A stretch of DNA of 63,327 bases, the filler included, from Ionaspis alba (taxonomy: Eukaryota), in the NCBI GenBank assembly GCA_964255285.1. It is 16 parts of 16 records of this genome, joined end to end, with 100 filler letters (N's around TTAATTAATTAA, not from the genome) between each part and the next. Parts side by side here need not be neighbours in the genome. Positions count along the whole stretch, not along the records: positions 12,059 to 15,961 come from CAXUUL010001159.1; positions 16,062 to 19,953 come from CAXUUL010001160.1; positions 20,054 to 23,937 come from CAXUUL010001161.1; positions 24,038 to 27,918 come from CAXUUL010001162.1; 12 more parts are not named here. One strand, 5' to 3'. The translations under genes and the position numbers were made by a program. This document shows, in pieces, positions 12,766-25,074 of this stretch. The notes under the pieces are model-generated. The model worked only from the letters and a program-made list of their open reading frames with translations. It did no database searches and had not been told where the DNA came from. The number at the start of each line of letters is the position of its first letter. Position 1 is the first letter of the stretch.

Positions 12766-13968
12766 ATGTCCCTCTCTACGCTCCCCCCCGAGCTACTTGA
12801 GGGAATCTGCGAGTTGCTACGGCCAGCAGATCTCAAATGCTTGAGATTGGTCTCTCGAAATTTGAACGATGTTGCCATGAAGTATTTCTTAGACGTTGTC
12901 CATGTCGACCTTCTTCCAGAAAGCTTCGATCAATTACTGGCTATAGCTGCTCATCCAGTCATAAGCAGCCACGTCCGAGTCGTCATGTATTTCCCACAGG
13001 AGTTCGTCTGCTGCGACTCTTTCGCTCAATATAAAAATCGGGCATGTGAAGACTGTCGACGTCCGCCTAGCGGGGGAGAACTAGGACTTCATTACTTGAA
13101 GGATCTGAACTTGTCTAACGAAGAGTGGCAAATGTATTGTGGGCGCAATCAAGCTTTCTATGAGTGGCAGCAAGAAGCGCTTGAGAGCACCGCCATTGAT
13201 TCCACCATGAACCTCGCCTTCGCCTCCTTTCCCAAACTGGAAACGGTCATCATGGCCAACTTTGAGAAGGGATACCCTCGGATCCATTCTACTCACCTGA
13301 AACAAATGACACTAGGAGAGACACTGATGCACCCTGTGATGCCTCGTACCGGACTTCCGAATGCGAATGCAAACGCAATCTTTCGAGCTCTTGCCAATCC
13401 CAAGGTCAAAGTCAAGTACCTAGGGCTCGAATTTGTTTCACAGTCGCTGTTCCAGCAAGACTGGGATGAGTTGGCGTCAAGTCTGGCTCGGCTTGAATTC
13501 TTGCGACTTCGCATCAAGACCTCGCAAGACATGGACGATGCTTGGTTAGAGTGCTTCTCAGTGTTCCTTAAACTCTGTACGGGCCTGCAGCGGCTGGAGC
13601 TGTTTGTCTACGGGGCCGCTTCAGTTCCTTCAACAGTGCTAGGAACATCTTTCAGCTGGCCTAACCTCGAAATCCTTCTTCTCGGCCAGTTCGCAATTCA
13701 GGGTGACCAATTGTTCGATCTGGTGACGGCACACCAACCAGGGTTGATACGGGTAGGGTTGCAGAATTGCTTTTTCGGGGATGGCGTACAGTCCGACAAG
13801 CTCAGAAATCAGGAAGGACGAGGTTATGGTCACAGATATGAGAAGAATCTGTTCTTCAACTCTCGTCTCGCTGAGCCTTTCCCTGTAAAACGCTGTAGAA
13901 ATTGGGGAGTAGAGCCGACGGTGTCATCTCTACTTACCATAGCTACACAGACTCAAAGTTCTGTATGA
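12766..13968 (+). CDS. F-box domain protein with a degenerate leucine-rich C-terminus
   Basis: N-terminal LSTLPPELLEGICELL..DLKCLRLVSR F-box pattern; downstream LxxLxL repeats; 400-aa uninterrupted ORF. Confidence 0.75.
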   Translation: MSLSTLPPELLEGICELLRPADLKCLRLVSRNLNDVAMKYFLDVVHVDLLPESFDQLLAIAAHPVISSHVRVVMYFPQEFVCCDSFAQYKNRACEDCRRPPSGGELGLHYLKDLNLSNEEWQMYCGRNQAFYEWQQEALESTAIDSTMNLAFASFPKLETVIMANFEKGYPRIHSTHLKQMTLGETLMHPVMPRTGLPNANANAIFRALANPKVKVKYLGLEFVSQSLFQQDWDELASSLARLEFLRLRIKTSQDMDDAWLECFSVFLKLCTGLQRLELFVYGAASVPSTVLGTSFSWPNLEILLLGQFAIQGDQLFDLVTAHQPGLIRVGLQNCFFGDGVQSDKLRNQEGRGYGHRYEKNLFFNSRLAEPFPVKRCRNWGVEPTVSSLLTIATQTQSSV

Positions 13969-14074
13969 GTACGGAATGGCAAATGCATTAGCCTGATCTG
14001 TAGCCCAAAGCACGAGTCGGAAGGTGCACAATTAGGTTGAACAAGAAACGAATGAGTTGAGGAGGTGTGACGCT

Positions 14075-15735
14075 TCATTCCATATTGAAGTCCCAATCGA
14101 TACCTTCGCACCCCTTTCTTCTGGAGATCCTGACCTTGAAATCCTTCTCCGGCGGAAACACATTAGTGGCCAGACTCTCCTGCTTCTGAGCAGGTATACT
14201 CCACGAACCATTCACAGGCGTTATATCAAACCTCAAGACCAGGTATGCCGTCAATGCCAAAGCCTCCAGAGCTACGAAATGCCGCCCAGGACACAGTGAC
14301 GCACCGCCTCCAAATGGTCGATATGCCGTCATGTTTTGCTTGAAGCCTTTGGCGATATCATTCTGCTTGAGGAAACGCCTTGATTGGAATTCCTTTACAT
14401 CTGGACCCCAAGACGAAGGATCTGAGTGCAGGACCGCGATTGGCATTTGAACGACCATACCTTTCTTGAGCAAATATTGGTCGTCGAGCATAGTGTCCTC
14501 GCGGACGAAACGGGCACCTGCACCCTGGGCATGAACACGAAGGACCTCCTGGAAGGTGGAATTCAACAAATGGCATTTCTCTCGCATGGTGATGACGTGC
14601 AGAGTTCGTTTTGTCTTGCTGGAAATGGAGGAGACCGAGGCGGCCTCAAGCTCGGCGCGGATGTCTTGAAGTAATCCTTGGTCGGAATAGATGTGAGCAA
14701 GAAGATAGAAGATTGCCGGTATCGTGTTCGCGAGGATGCCTAGCAGTGTGCCAACCTCAAGAAGCCCCTGGTTTTTGGTTGAGATGCCGTGCTTGGTATT
14801 GGCAGAGTATCTGGCTAATATCATCGCGGAGCTTTCGGACTGGCCCGGAACGTAATTTTCAAAGTAACGCTGAAAAGCAGCTGCCAGTTCCGAACGTGCT
14901 CGATTTCCTTTTGGTGCGACTAGGCTGGGTGCAATGTCTAAGATGAGGAGATTGAGGTCGTGGTCGAAATTCCTTCAGTCTTGTTAGCTGGTGCCTTTCA
15001 CGAGGGAAATTTCGTGGCGCACCAGAAAAGTTCGTTGAAACTCGGATTTTTGTCGAAGGGGTTCTCGGGGCCATATATCGCCCTCGTGCTGCACATGGTC
15101 ACCAACTGCCGTGTCCATGCGAAGAAATTAAATTCGTCGTTTTTCTCTAGGGCCTCTAGATACGTCGAGACCGCTTTCAAAAATGGCACCATCATATCTT
15201 CGAGGTTCTTTCCCGGGGACAGTGCTGCGACGATGCCATCATGAACTTCAATGACATATCCTGAGCCATCCTCCCCATTCAGATTGTGCTGCACAATCTG
15301 GCTTGTCACTTCATCATGACCAGTGATGCGCTTCCCGAGCTGGGCAATGAAAGGATTGAAAGCTAGTGCCTTCGAGTTGCGATTTACAGCAGATACCAAA
15401 TGGGGTGCAGTGACAACATAGACTTTGCCATTCAGCATATTGAGGGTATAGATTGGGAGCTTGCATCTGGAACTGTCGATAATGGAGATCAGTATTTCTA
15501 CAGCTGATACCCGTTTTGCAAAAGCATGCCTCGCGGTTTACCTCATGATCTGGTAGTATCGGGTACCATGTCGGAGCAAACCAAGGATATGACCAATATA
15601 GGGAATCGACTGAGAAACCACAGGCGCCTCTTCTGGAAGATGTTTCGGAGCATAAACATGGTCAAGTACAAGCCAGAAGACGGTTGCTGCAAGCAGAGAT
15701 ACCAGTGTCGTAAAGCTGAGAAATTTGCCCTCCAT
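14075..15735 (-). CDS. Cytochrome P450, CYP7/CYP8-like fungal group; 3 exons
   Basis: N-terminal TM helix, IPYIGH, I-helix LANTIPA, ExxR (EVLR), heme motif FGGGASLCPGR; introns at ~15474-15541 and ~14973-15022 give a continuous frame. Confidence 0.9.
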
Positions 15736-16061
15736 TGGTGCCCAAGAAGGCTTTATACCGAACGCGAAGTGCCTGAAATGATAGACCAGGCAGCCGAACA
15801 GGTTATCACATCGGACTTGAAATTTCACAACAAGAAATAGTATCGCAAAGCATTCACACCTGACAAATCCCACCAGATGAAGTCCCAAAGCTTGAAACAC
15901 TTTTTTGGCGTGTTTATGCTTATCGCCAATCGCGATCCGCTTATCCTATTGAAGACTAGAANNNNNNNNNNNNNNNNNNNNNNNNNNNNNNNNNNNNNNN
16001 NNNNNTTAATTAATTAANNNNNNNNNNNNNNNNNNNNNNNNNNNNNNNNNNNNNNNNNNNN

Positions 16062-19000
16062 TCGACACTCCTCCCCCTCTCCCTCATCCTCCTCCCTTCC
16101 ATCAAACCTCTCAGGCCCCTCTTCTGCAACCCAACAACACAACTCCTCTCAGCCTGCCAAATCTCCTCTTCCTCCTCGCCATCACCAGCCAAATACTCGC
16201 TACTATCCGTAACACTACTCGCCTGACTAACCCTCCCACTCACACTGCCTTCATCCTCGCTCTCACTTATCTGACCCGCCTCTCTGTGCCTGACACCATT
16301 GCGCTGGCCGTGGAAGGAAGTGTCGATGCGCAGACCACCTCGGGTGGCTGGCCGGTTAGTGGTTTCGTCGTCATTGGTGATGCCGTTGGTGTGGTTTTCG
16401 ATCTCGTTGGGGGAATTATCATCGGCTGCGAAATTCTGATGCAGAGTCGAGCCAGCGAAGCGGTCGAAGCCCGTGCCGCGTCCGCCACCAGCGGCCATGG
16501 CGCTGGCGTTGAAGACGGCGGCGGCGTTGCGGCCGTCCATTACTTGGTGGAGGCGTTCGAGGACGGCTTCGAGGAGGCCGTCGACGTGGTAGGGGCGGGC
16601 GAGTTGGAGGAGAGAGCAGAGGATTTGAGGAGTGCTAAGGGTGTGGCTGGGGGGCGGGAGGGAGGAGGTGTAGAGGTAGTGGAGGAGGGCTTGGAGGGTT
16701 AGGGGTGTGTGGGGGAGGAAGAGTGTTCGGGAGCGGGAGGAGGGTGGAAGGTTGATCGAGGTGGGCGGGCGAAATGTTGTGGGACTGGAGGCGGAGGTGG
16801 TGTTGGAGTTGTCGCGCGACGAGGAGTTTAGAGTTGAGGAGCCGCCGGAGGAGTGGGGGGCCACGATTGTGGACGCGGCGGAGTAGATTGTGTTTATGCT
16901 GGGTGTGATGGTAATTGAAGAATTCCGGGATGCGACTTGTGTTAGTGGTCGTAGGGTCGCAGCGTCGGATGAGACGCTGTCGCCATGATGGGTATGAGAA
17001 GGATGCGTTGCGCTTTCCCGGAGTAGATGCACAAAGTATGGTCCCCAGCGACGAGCGATCAGGTGAGAGTTGACGGGGATGCGTTCGCCACTGATAGAGA
17101 TGATGTCCATGTCGGCGAGCTCGCGCAGGCCCAGTGCCATTTGTCCTAGGTCTTCGGCAGCCGCGAAATGAGGACGACCTCCTCCAGACCATAGAGAGGA
17201 CTTGGATCGGAGAGATGCTGGCAGGGTGGGAGCGCTGAAAGAAACGTATGAAGAGGTAGGATCTGCATGGCGAGGATTGTCATATAAGCCGGATGGTTCA
17301 AGTTCCACCAAACACATATTGGAGAAGTTGATACGACGATGGTTGTAATCATCCACAAGACTTCGTTTTTGGTTGCCGAGAATGACAAATGTGTTCCTTC
17401 GAGACCATATGACACCTCTGTTCCAACTACCTTGGCTAAAGACATTGCCAACATCGATACGACTCCATGTCAGGGCCCTGAGATCGAGTACCCACAGCGC
17501 ATACTCTTGTTTCGAGGATGTCAGATAGGTTCCGCTAACGACAAAGTGATGGTCAAGTACGCCTCCGCTGGGGAATCGTAATCCTGGTGGGGAGAACTGG
17601 CCTCGCATTGCCTTTTCAGTCAACGAACCATCCGGCAAGCGCAACTGCAATTCCAGCTTGACGTCGAGGAAATTGTAGTTCGAATAGATCAGCATTGACG
17701 CTGGCTGATCAGAGACATCCCCGCTTCGCCTTGTCTCCTCTGGCCCGTCAACAGCTTCCGTCGCATCTCCAATCTTGGACGCGGACATGCCCCTCAGGGG
17801 CGCAACGACACTTCTGTATGCACCACAACTTCGTCCAAGAGTATGTGTTGCTGTCCACTTCAGGTTTCGCAAATTGAAGACACTGATCTGTTCGATGTAA
17901 TGGTTTGCACTGTCTTGCCCTCCCACGATAACCATCTCCGCCCCTCCTGTACCGTCTATGGCAACGCCGATCGAGCCTTGGTTTGGATTGCCTGACGAAG
18001 GGTTGTTATGGATAGCCGATAGTGGTGCATTTGCAGAAGTGAAGACGGATGATGAGGGTAGAATGGTTGCACAATGGGCATATCGTCCTTGTGGATTGTC
18101 TGTAGTATTCACATGTGTCCATCGTCGAGTATTCGCATCATAGATGTGGATGTCTGACTTGACAGTGACCTCTGGCTCCTGATCTATCGCATTCTGTGGT
18201 TGCTGAGCAGTTTGAGGCGACTGTACAGTGAAGTCACGCGACATTCCTCCATAGCAGACCAGCTTACTGTCTCCTAGAGCACATACACTGTGGAAATACC
18301 GAGGTTGGGGTATATCACCAGTAGTCTCGAGTTTGGTCCAATGTCGACGAATGAGGTCCAGTTCGTACATATCAGCCGTAAGCTGTGGTCGTCTTCGAGA
18401 CAGTCGACGTCCTCCAAACACGTAGAGCTTGTCACCTAGGATGGTTGTCGTAGCCCCAACGAGGGCGTGCGGCTCCTTCCCTGAACATTTGTGTACATTG
18501 CATACTAGCCCCGAAAGATTTGTTGTTCCAGACATTGTTTGCGGTTGTTGTGAGGCAGCAGACATCGGAGCGGGAGTATGAGGTGTATTGTCCGCAGACC
18601 TTGCCAATATCGAAGGCTGCTCGGTCTGCGATATCTCCAGAGACATGTCATGGTTGAAGCTAGACTGGCTACTGTTCATGGTTGCTGATTTTGAGAGAGG
18701 AACGGCTTCAGAACACACAGAAATAGCCTTGGAGGGCAAAGGAGCTGAGGCCTGCGAGTCAAGTGTGCTGCTCCTGCTCTTGGTCCCAAAGCCAGAGATG
18801 CTCGAAGCTGGTGTCAGAGGGTCTCTCGGGTTGAGGACACAGGGTCGTGATGTGCTACAGTCACTACCGGATGGGGTGGGTGGAAAGATTCCGTATGGCT
18901 GAGCAAAGTCAGGTATGATAATGGGTATGTGTCGCCGCCGCCTTGGGCTTCCTAAGGACGACGTCTGGTCTTTGACCACATGGGGATTGATCGAGATCGA

Positions 19001-19345
19001 ACGCAATTCACCCTCCTGGGAATCTGGCGAATCAGGCGATTTCCTCAATGCCGCATCGATGATGCTTTGTGTAATAATTATCGGAACATGCCTCGGATTC
19101 TTCTTTCTGAAGGCGGGTTGCTGTTCAATGGGAGACGCAACCGGGTTGCCAATCCGGATAGTCGTCTCTTGAGAGAGTGGGCGGTCTGAATGGACGTTCG
19201 AGAACGAGAGGCGTTTCAAAAGATTCTGGAGACTCGGTGGCGCAATCGAGTCTCTTTCGCGCAGCGGGAAGTCACCGCAACGGCTTGGTCTGTGTTCCGA
19301 GCAGGGCTTCGATGCCCATGCAGGGCCTTGAGCTTCTGAGTACAT
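16062..19345 (-). CDS. ral2: Kelch-repeat/BTB regulatory protein Ral2/Mds3-like; intronless, 3' truncated, true start uncertain
   Basis: LVGATTTILGDKLYVFGG, PRYFHS...LVCYGG, GRYAHCA kelch blades; BTB-like ADMDIISISGERIPVNSHLIARRWGPYF and LQALLHYLYT. Confidence 0.82.
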
Positions 19346-21012
19346 TGTGAGCAATAAATTCTCCGAGCGAGTCTGTAGATGGAGAACGATCTTTTGGCAA
19401 AGAAAGACAGGAAAGAAGCTCGGAGATGATGCTGGCTGATTTTTGAGAGTAACTCACAAGAGATCCAGAAAAGTGCCGGACCAGCTTGGGACGACCCCCT
19501 TCCCCACAGAATCGAGTTTGGAAATCCCACTTCTCCCTTGACTCGCAGTCTGACACCTACAGTATAAGGTAAGGTCAGCTCGGAACAGGAGTGAGTGCAT
19601 ATGTCTTGCACCGGCAGCATGCATACGTTGAAGTCAATTGTGATACCCTTGCGCCGCAGCAAAAGACCGGGGGAATTTGGTCGCACAAGTGCCCCACAAG
19701 CCACGCTGGCCACGATCACACGGCGGGATCTATCGTTGAGGAGGCAGGTACTGTCAGTGTTGAGATACCAAAGCAAGGAGCTCGTTTCTACTGTGTCATC
19801 CCACTGTCGTCGTTACCCCCACTCGAGGCGCGGCACATGCTAGGGTTTTGCGATAATGCAGAGTGCCAAGACTAGAACACAGGTGGAAGGATGGCTGCAA
19901 GGATCAGCGACTCGGGAACGAAGCCGAGGGAATGCTTGTCCCTTTCTCGGGTTNNNNNNNNNNNNNNNNNNNNNNNNNNNNNNNNNNNNNNNNNNNNTTA
20001 ATTAATTAANNNNNNNNNNNNNNNNNNNNNNNNNNNNNNNNNNNNNNNNNNNNAACTGCAGAGATCCATCGCCTCTCTTATCTCTGGCCATCGTGCGGAG
20101 ATAGAGGGCATGGCAGCTCTTCCTAACCCTTGACAGCTCATGCGTACCTTGCGGGAACGAGTCAGTAGCACTTGGCGAGATCCCTCCTTTGTGGGAAAGC
20201 TCAATACTCTCATGTATAATGCAGATCTAAATGCCGAAGTTGAGATAAGGAAGTTGCGAGTCAGCCAAGATAAGTAAAAACTGCATCGGGCTCACTCTGT
20301 TTGCAGCGAAAGGTGGGGCTTGCCCACCCGCGTGTCGCGCGACGCAGGTGAGCACTCATTTGACTGGTCGGCCAGTTTAGACATACAGCATTACTCAGAT
20401 CCACCTTGGTGGGGGGCGCCAGAGGGCTTACCCGTCCCTGAGGCGCTGTTGAGCAAATTATTTAGGCGGCTTCTAGTCCTGAGAACTTAGCCTCTTACAT
20501 AGTTAGATGAGATATCCGTTTCCACCCATAGCCTCCGTCAGCACTACGGTGGAACGGGTGGTTTGGATAAGTCAAGGAGGCGGGCTATCTTCGTCGTGGA
20601 CAAGCGGTGTTCGTTTAACCTCTCCCCTTCTCGAGTCTGTCTGCGCTAAGGAGCCTGTAAAAGATCCCTGTAGATTTACCGTATAAAATATCTTTTACAG
20701 TTATAGTAATAGTTGAATTTTATATATAAAAGTAAAAGTGTTCTGCCCCGCCACTGGTCCTGTTGGCAGAATGGTCAGATAATTAAATGGGTTCCGCCTT
20801 TGCCCCTAATTGACACAAGGGTCGGCGCTTCTGGGCGCTGCTGTGGTCTTATCGACCTACTTTACAGTCCTCGCGAGATTGAGCTGGCTTTCATGATGCA
20901 AGTCAATGCATTTTGCTGCTGTCGTACCCCCTCCGCAGTCTTGCGCCCCTCGAAAACTTTCTCTCCCAAAGCGTTTTGGAGCACTCTTTCAGAATCACAA
21001 ATTTGCCTGGGA

Positions 21013-22238
21013 ATGCCAGCAGCTGTGACTTTGCAAGCTCGACTTCGATTTCGTTGTTTTTCCAGCACAATAGCACCATTTTCGTCGTCAGCGGAGGTTA
21101 TAAATACAGATCCGCAGAGAGCTCACCCAACAAAGATCAAAGGCCAGTCCGGCTGTCATTACAAAATTGAACGCGTCCTTCAAGACAAGAGAAATTTGTT
21201 GGGTCGCGTTTTTTTTGCTACGTATATTATTCCGAATATGGCCAGTATGGTTTACCCACTGAAATTAATACAGAGACGGTAATGAAAATTTTGTCTTGAA
21301 AGAAATTCCTCGAAATAACTACGAACTTCGTTTAGAAATATACCGACGGTTAGGTAGGTGCCCCTACGTGCGCGGATTGGTAGACACTGCCCCAAATCAC
21401 TCAATATTTGTCTTCAAATACCTCAAAGAAAATCTTCTAGGATTGGTGCAGAAGAACTTACCGATTGCTATCACGAAAAGAATTCTCAAGGACGCGCTAC
21501 GAGGGCTTGTTGCATTGCACGATAAGGATATTGTCCACAACGGTAACCAAATATTGTATTTTCAGACAGCTAGGAGGCGGCTGACACACGTCAGATATTA
21601 AAGCAAACAACATCCTCATTGAAGCGGCGAATGGGCCTTACGGAGTTGTGGTTGAGCAGACGCAGCTCACTGATCTCGAAGACAGTGCACATTGCCTTCC
21701 TCCTGGGAACCTTATCGGCGCACAGTTAGGGAATTGGATGTGGCGCAGCCCTGAAGCACATGCAGAAGGCCCTATGAACAAACCTTCCGACATTTTCGCA
21801 TTCGCTATCGTTGTAAGTTCGCTGGGACATGTGCTGTTGTCTTAAGCTTGGAGGATGACGCCAACGAATTTGCAGTGCATTTACGCCTTGACTAAACGAA
21901 TTATTTTTGGCGTTCTGAAAGAGGAACTTGGCGAAGACGAAGAAATCCTATCTATCGTTCTTGAACGCCAACTGTCTTATTTTGGGGATCTAGAAGCGTT
22001 CAATGGGTTCCTTCAGTATCTTCATAATGGGAACCCAGCAAACCCCTGGATCGAGATTTTCCAGGCAGTGCGGTCTAGTTTCAACGCCGAGTACCCTCGG
22101 GAACCATTCTCTCTATGGCAAGATGAAATCATCGACGAGGATTTCAGGGACCTTATTGCGAAAATGGCGAACTTCAATCCAGAGAAGAGGATCACGGCAC
22201 GGGAAGCATTAGAGCACAAATGGTTCCTAGAGTCATAG
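21013..22238 (+). CDS. Atypical fungal Ser/Thr protein kinase; 4 exons
   Basis: FVLK, ALRGLVALHDKDIVHN|DIKANNIL, LTDLEDSA, GNWMWRSPE, KPSDIFAF, NPEKRITAREALEHKWF; introns at 21222-21273, ~21543-21594 and ~21812-21875. Confidence 0.8.
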
Positions 22239-24037
22239 AGCGATTCGTGCAACATGAATCGGCGGTACAGCTTGGGAACAAGACAAGCTATTCTATAAGC
22301 CAGCGCGCGTAGAAATTATTAGGTCAGGGACTCAGGCATAGGAGTGCCAAGGGACTAAAGCTACGCTAGTGCACGTGACTAGAGCATGTATATAGTACCT
22401 TTTTAGCCTACAATCAAGCTACAGAGTTACACACTACAAGAGACCACCCCCTTAATGGATGGTTGGGTAGTCGTGATTCAACAGAAATGGGACATTTCTA
22501 TCCTCTACCCTGTTAGATGCTAGCTCCCTTCTCTATAAAAAAGAGTAGAACTTGAGGATATGCAACAATATGAATTATATTAACTATAGCAGTATATGGA
22601 TGTATATAAAGACTAATTGTTCGAAAACATTATTGCGATCAGACGGTGTTTTGTGTGCGTAGCCAAGGCGCAACGCAAGTCACGAGATATTAGATGATGA
22701 TCGGCCCCTGACAGCGTCGAGACACGAATGCGCTAATAAAAATTCACCCAACAAAAAGTGAGTGCACGAAAATAAAAGCGGGGGAGCAGAATGAGGAGAG
22801 ACAAAAATGGGATCGTCACTGAGATTCGATACACTCTTTTTCTGCTTAAACTGCCAAGCATCGTTATAGGCTTATCTCCTATCTCATCACGCCTTCCGAA
22901 CCACCTGTCCAAACAGAACGATAGTTCAGGCACAGATTCACCTCGCCGTTGGTTTGTGATGCTGTTACCTCACGAGTGTTTTCTCGCGGCCCAGCAACCT
23001 TTCCGCGTGCGTTTGCTGGGTCCATGCACATGAGTCGTGCTCCGCAGGTGTGTTTCCGCTGCCCGAATAATCTCTCCCACTGCACAATCGACCGTGACCT
23101 TCCTCCGCACTCTACCACATACGACTGGTGGCGCCAGTTCTTGACGTGACCACCATGTAACAACACCAGATTAACCACAAACATCGGTCGAAAGGCCATC
23201 AAGCTGTAAAGCACATGCATGCCTACCATTGATCTTCCTTTTTGCGTATATAGTGTGTCTCCCGCTCCACTCCGGTCTCTTCCTCACCTCGCTTGGCCGT
23301 TTTCATTCTGGTAGCTTCTATTTCTTCTTTGCTTGTTGTCCTCTGTTCCATAAGCTCTCGCTGCAACGGGTATGATACTGCCACTTTCTCGGAGAGCAAG
23401 ATGATTTATGTACCGTGAAATCTTCAGGGAAAACACTACAGCTCGACAGCGAGAAGAGCCTGTAGGTACTCCAACATAGCGGACATTTCCTGGCTTCTTG
23501 TTCTGATTGCCTTTCATAAATTTTCTACTATTTTTCCGCATAACATATTATGTTCTCCAGATCAACGAATTGTCCGTGGGATTTTTCATGGTGGCTCTGC
23601 TCATCGGATATTCCCCCGCATCCTTGGTCGGTACTTTGTTTAGTATAGTGGAGTGCTTCAAAGGAGATGCTCAAGGTGGCATTGTAGTGTGGGACCAGCA
23701 TATGCTCCTAATGTCGTCAGACCCGATCTGGGCCTTCGAAGTATGATGTGAACGACAGCTCCAGTAACAAACAGCGGGTTATCTCTCGGTCGTGGTTCAG
23801 AGGACTGGAGGACCTGCTGCCATGTATTAGCTTATAAGAATGGTCTGAATACGGTATTGAACAAATTTCCTGACACTTATTTTGTCTTCATCTTTCGGAG
23901 CGCTTGATACCCTTTCAGATGGCGTTGATATGAATGTNNNNNNNNNNNNNNNNNNNNNNNNNNNNNNNNNNNNNNNNNNNNTTAATTAATTAANNNNNNN
24001 NNNNNNNNNNNNNNNNNNNNNNNNNNNNNNNNNNNNN

Positions 24038-24454
24038 ATGCAGGAACTACAGGACATCAACGAGATCGCACAGGCCGAAGAGCTTCTAAGCAAAAAGCAA
24101 GTGGGCAGCCCCTCACCTCATATCAAGGCAGAACCTAGTCCAGCCTTTTCGGTTGCTCTAAACAGCTCAAACACTTCTTTGCCTCTAGAAGCAGAAACCA
24201 AGGCGGTACGAACAACCTCTAATGCCAATACCCAAGCGGACAAGACAAGATCCATAGGAGGATCATGCCCCATCTGCTCAATGGAAAATGACCCATCTAG
24301 CCTACTTTGCATGGTGTGCTCACACGTCCTTGATGCACGCAAATCGCCTGGTTCCTGGAGCTGCCGGAGCGAAACGTGCAAAGACAGTCAGTACGTGAAC
24401 GCTGCTGACTGTGGACTCTGTGGTATTTGTGGCGAACGAAAGCATCCTGTTTGA
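24038..24454 (+). CDS. C-terminal zinc-finger region, probably of a WLM-domain (Wss1-like) metalloprotease; 5' truncated
   Basis: CPICSMEN...CMVC and WSCRSETC...YVNAADCGLCGICG RanBP2-like fingers. The parent family is inferred from recalled architecture; the catalytic domain is not in the contig. Confidence 0.5.
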   Translation: MQELQDINEIAQAEELLSKKQVGSPSPHIKAEPSPAFSVALNSSNTSLPLEAETKAVRTTSNANTQADKTRSIGGSCPICSMENDPSSLLCMVCSHVLDARKSPGSWSCRSETCKDSQYVNAADCGLCGICGERKHPV

Positions 24455-25074
24455 AACGATATTCTTAGAGCTACTGCCTCAAGACCCAAGGACTACAAAA
24501 GGCATGGCTACAGCCAAAGAAAGGGAGTTACTATCGATTGGTGGACTGGAGGGTTGTGTGCTTCTTTGGCATGTGGAAGGCTCTCCATCACAATCAGCGA
24601 TATTCTGGATGCTTTGAGAGTTTGTAAGTGGAGCTCGCTATCATGTATTTTGGAGAGACCAAGCTGACCTTCGAAGGTGCGCTAGTGTAGCAGCTGACTT
24701 TTGCACTATATACACTACAGTTCCTTGAGGTAGACTGGTTTTGATACCCTGCTGCGGCCGTCGATTTCCCGACGTTTTAGCCTAAGAGTAACGCTCGTTT
24801 AGTGCTTATAATGATTAGAATTGGCGATTCTAGGTTTCGAATACCTGAGTTCTCCGATTTTTCGGTAGACAGACATAATAATCATTTGACCATGTGAAAT
24901 ATGCGAACTCTTTCCCATGATACGGTCAGGGCAGCAAATCGTGCCAAGCAATAGTAACTCTTGGCATTACTTCCTAACCGAGGCGCTGTGAATCGGCTAA
25001 GAGGTCTCGAAGTCTTCGATCTTGCATCGGTGTTTCGTCCTTATCGAATCGAAACGTATTGCAGACCCTGGGCC

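Noticed and set aside
11627..15735. erg25 + CYP7-like P450 as a sterol-modification cluster
   Set aside because: The two genes are on different contigs separated by a linker.
16267..19189. Antisense and alternative-frame ORFs inside ral2 (and similarly inside psk1, ltv1, TRAPPC11)
   Set aside because: Shadow ORFs expected from GC-rich codon usage.
22468..22499. TA-flanked GTCGTGATTCAA.. as a Tc1/mariner terminal inverted repeat
   Set aside because: No partner repeat or transposase remnant found in the contig.
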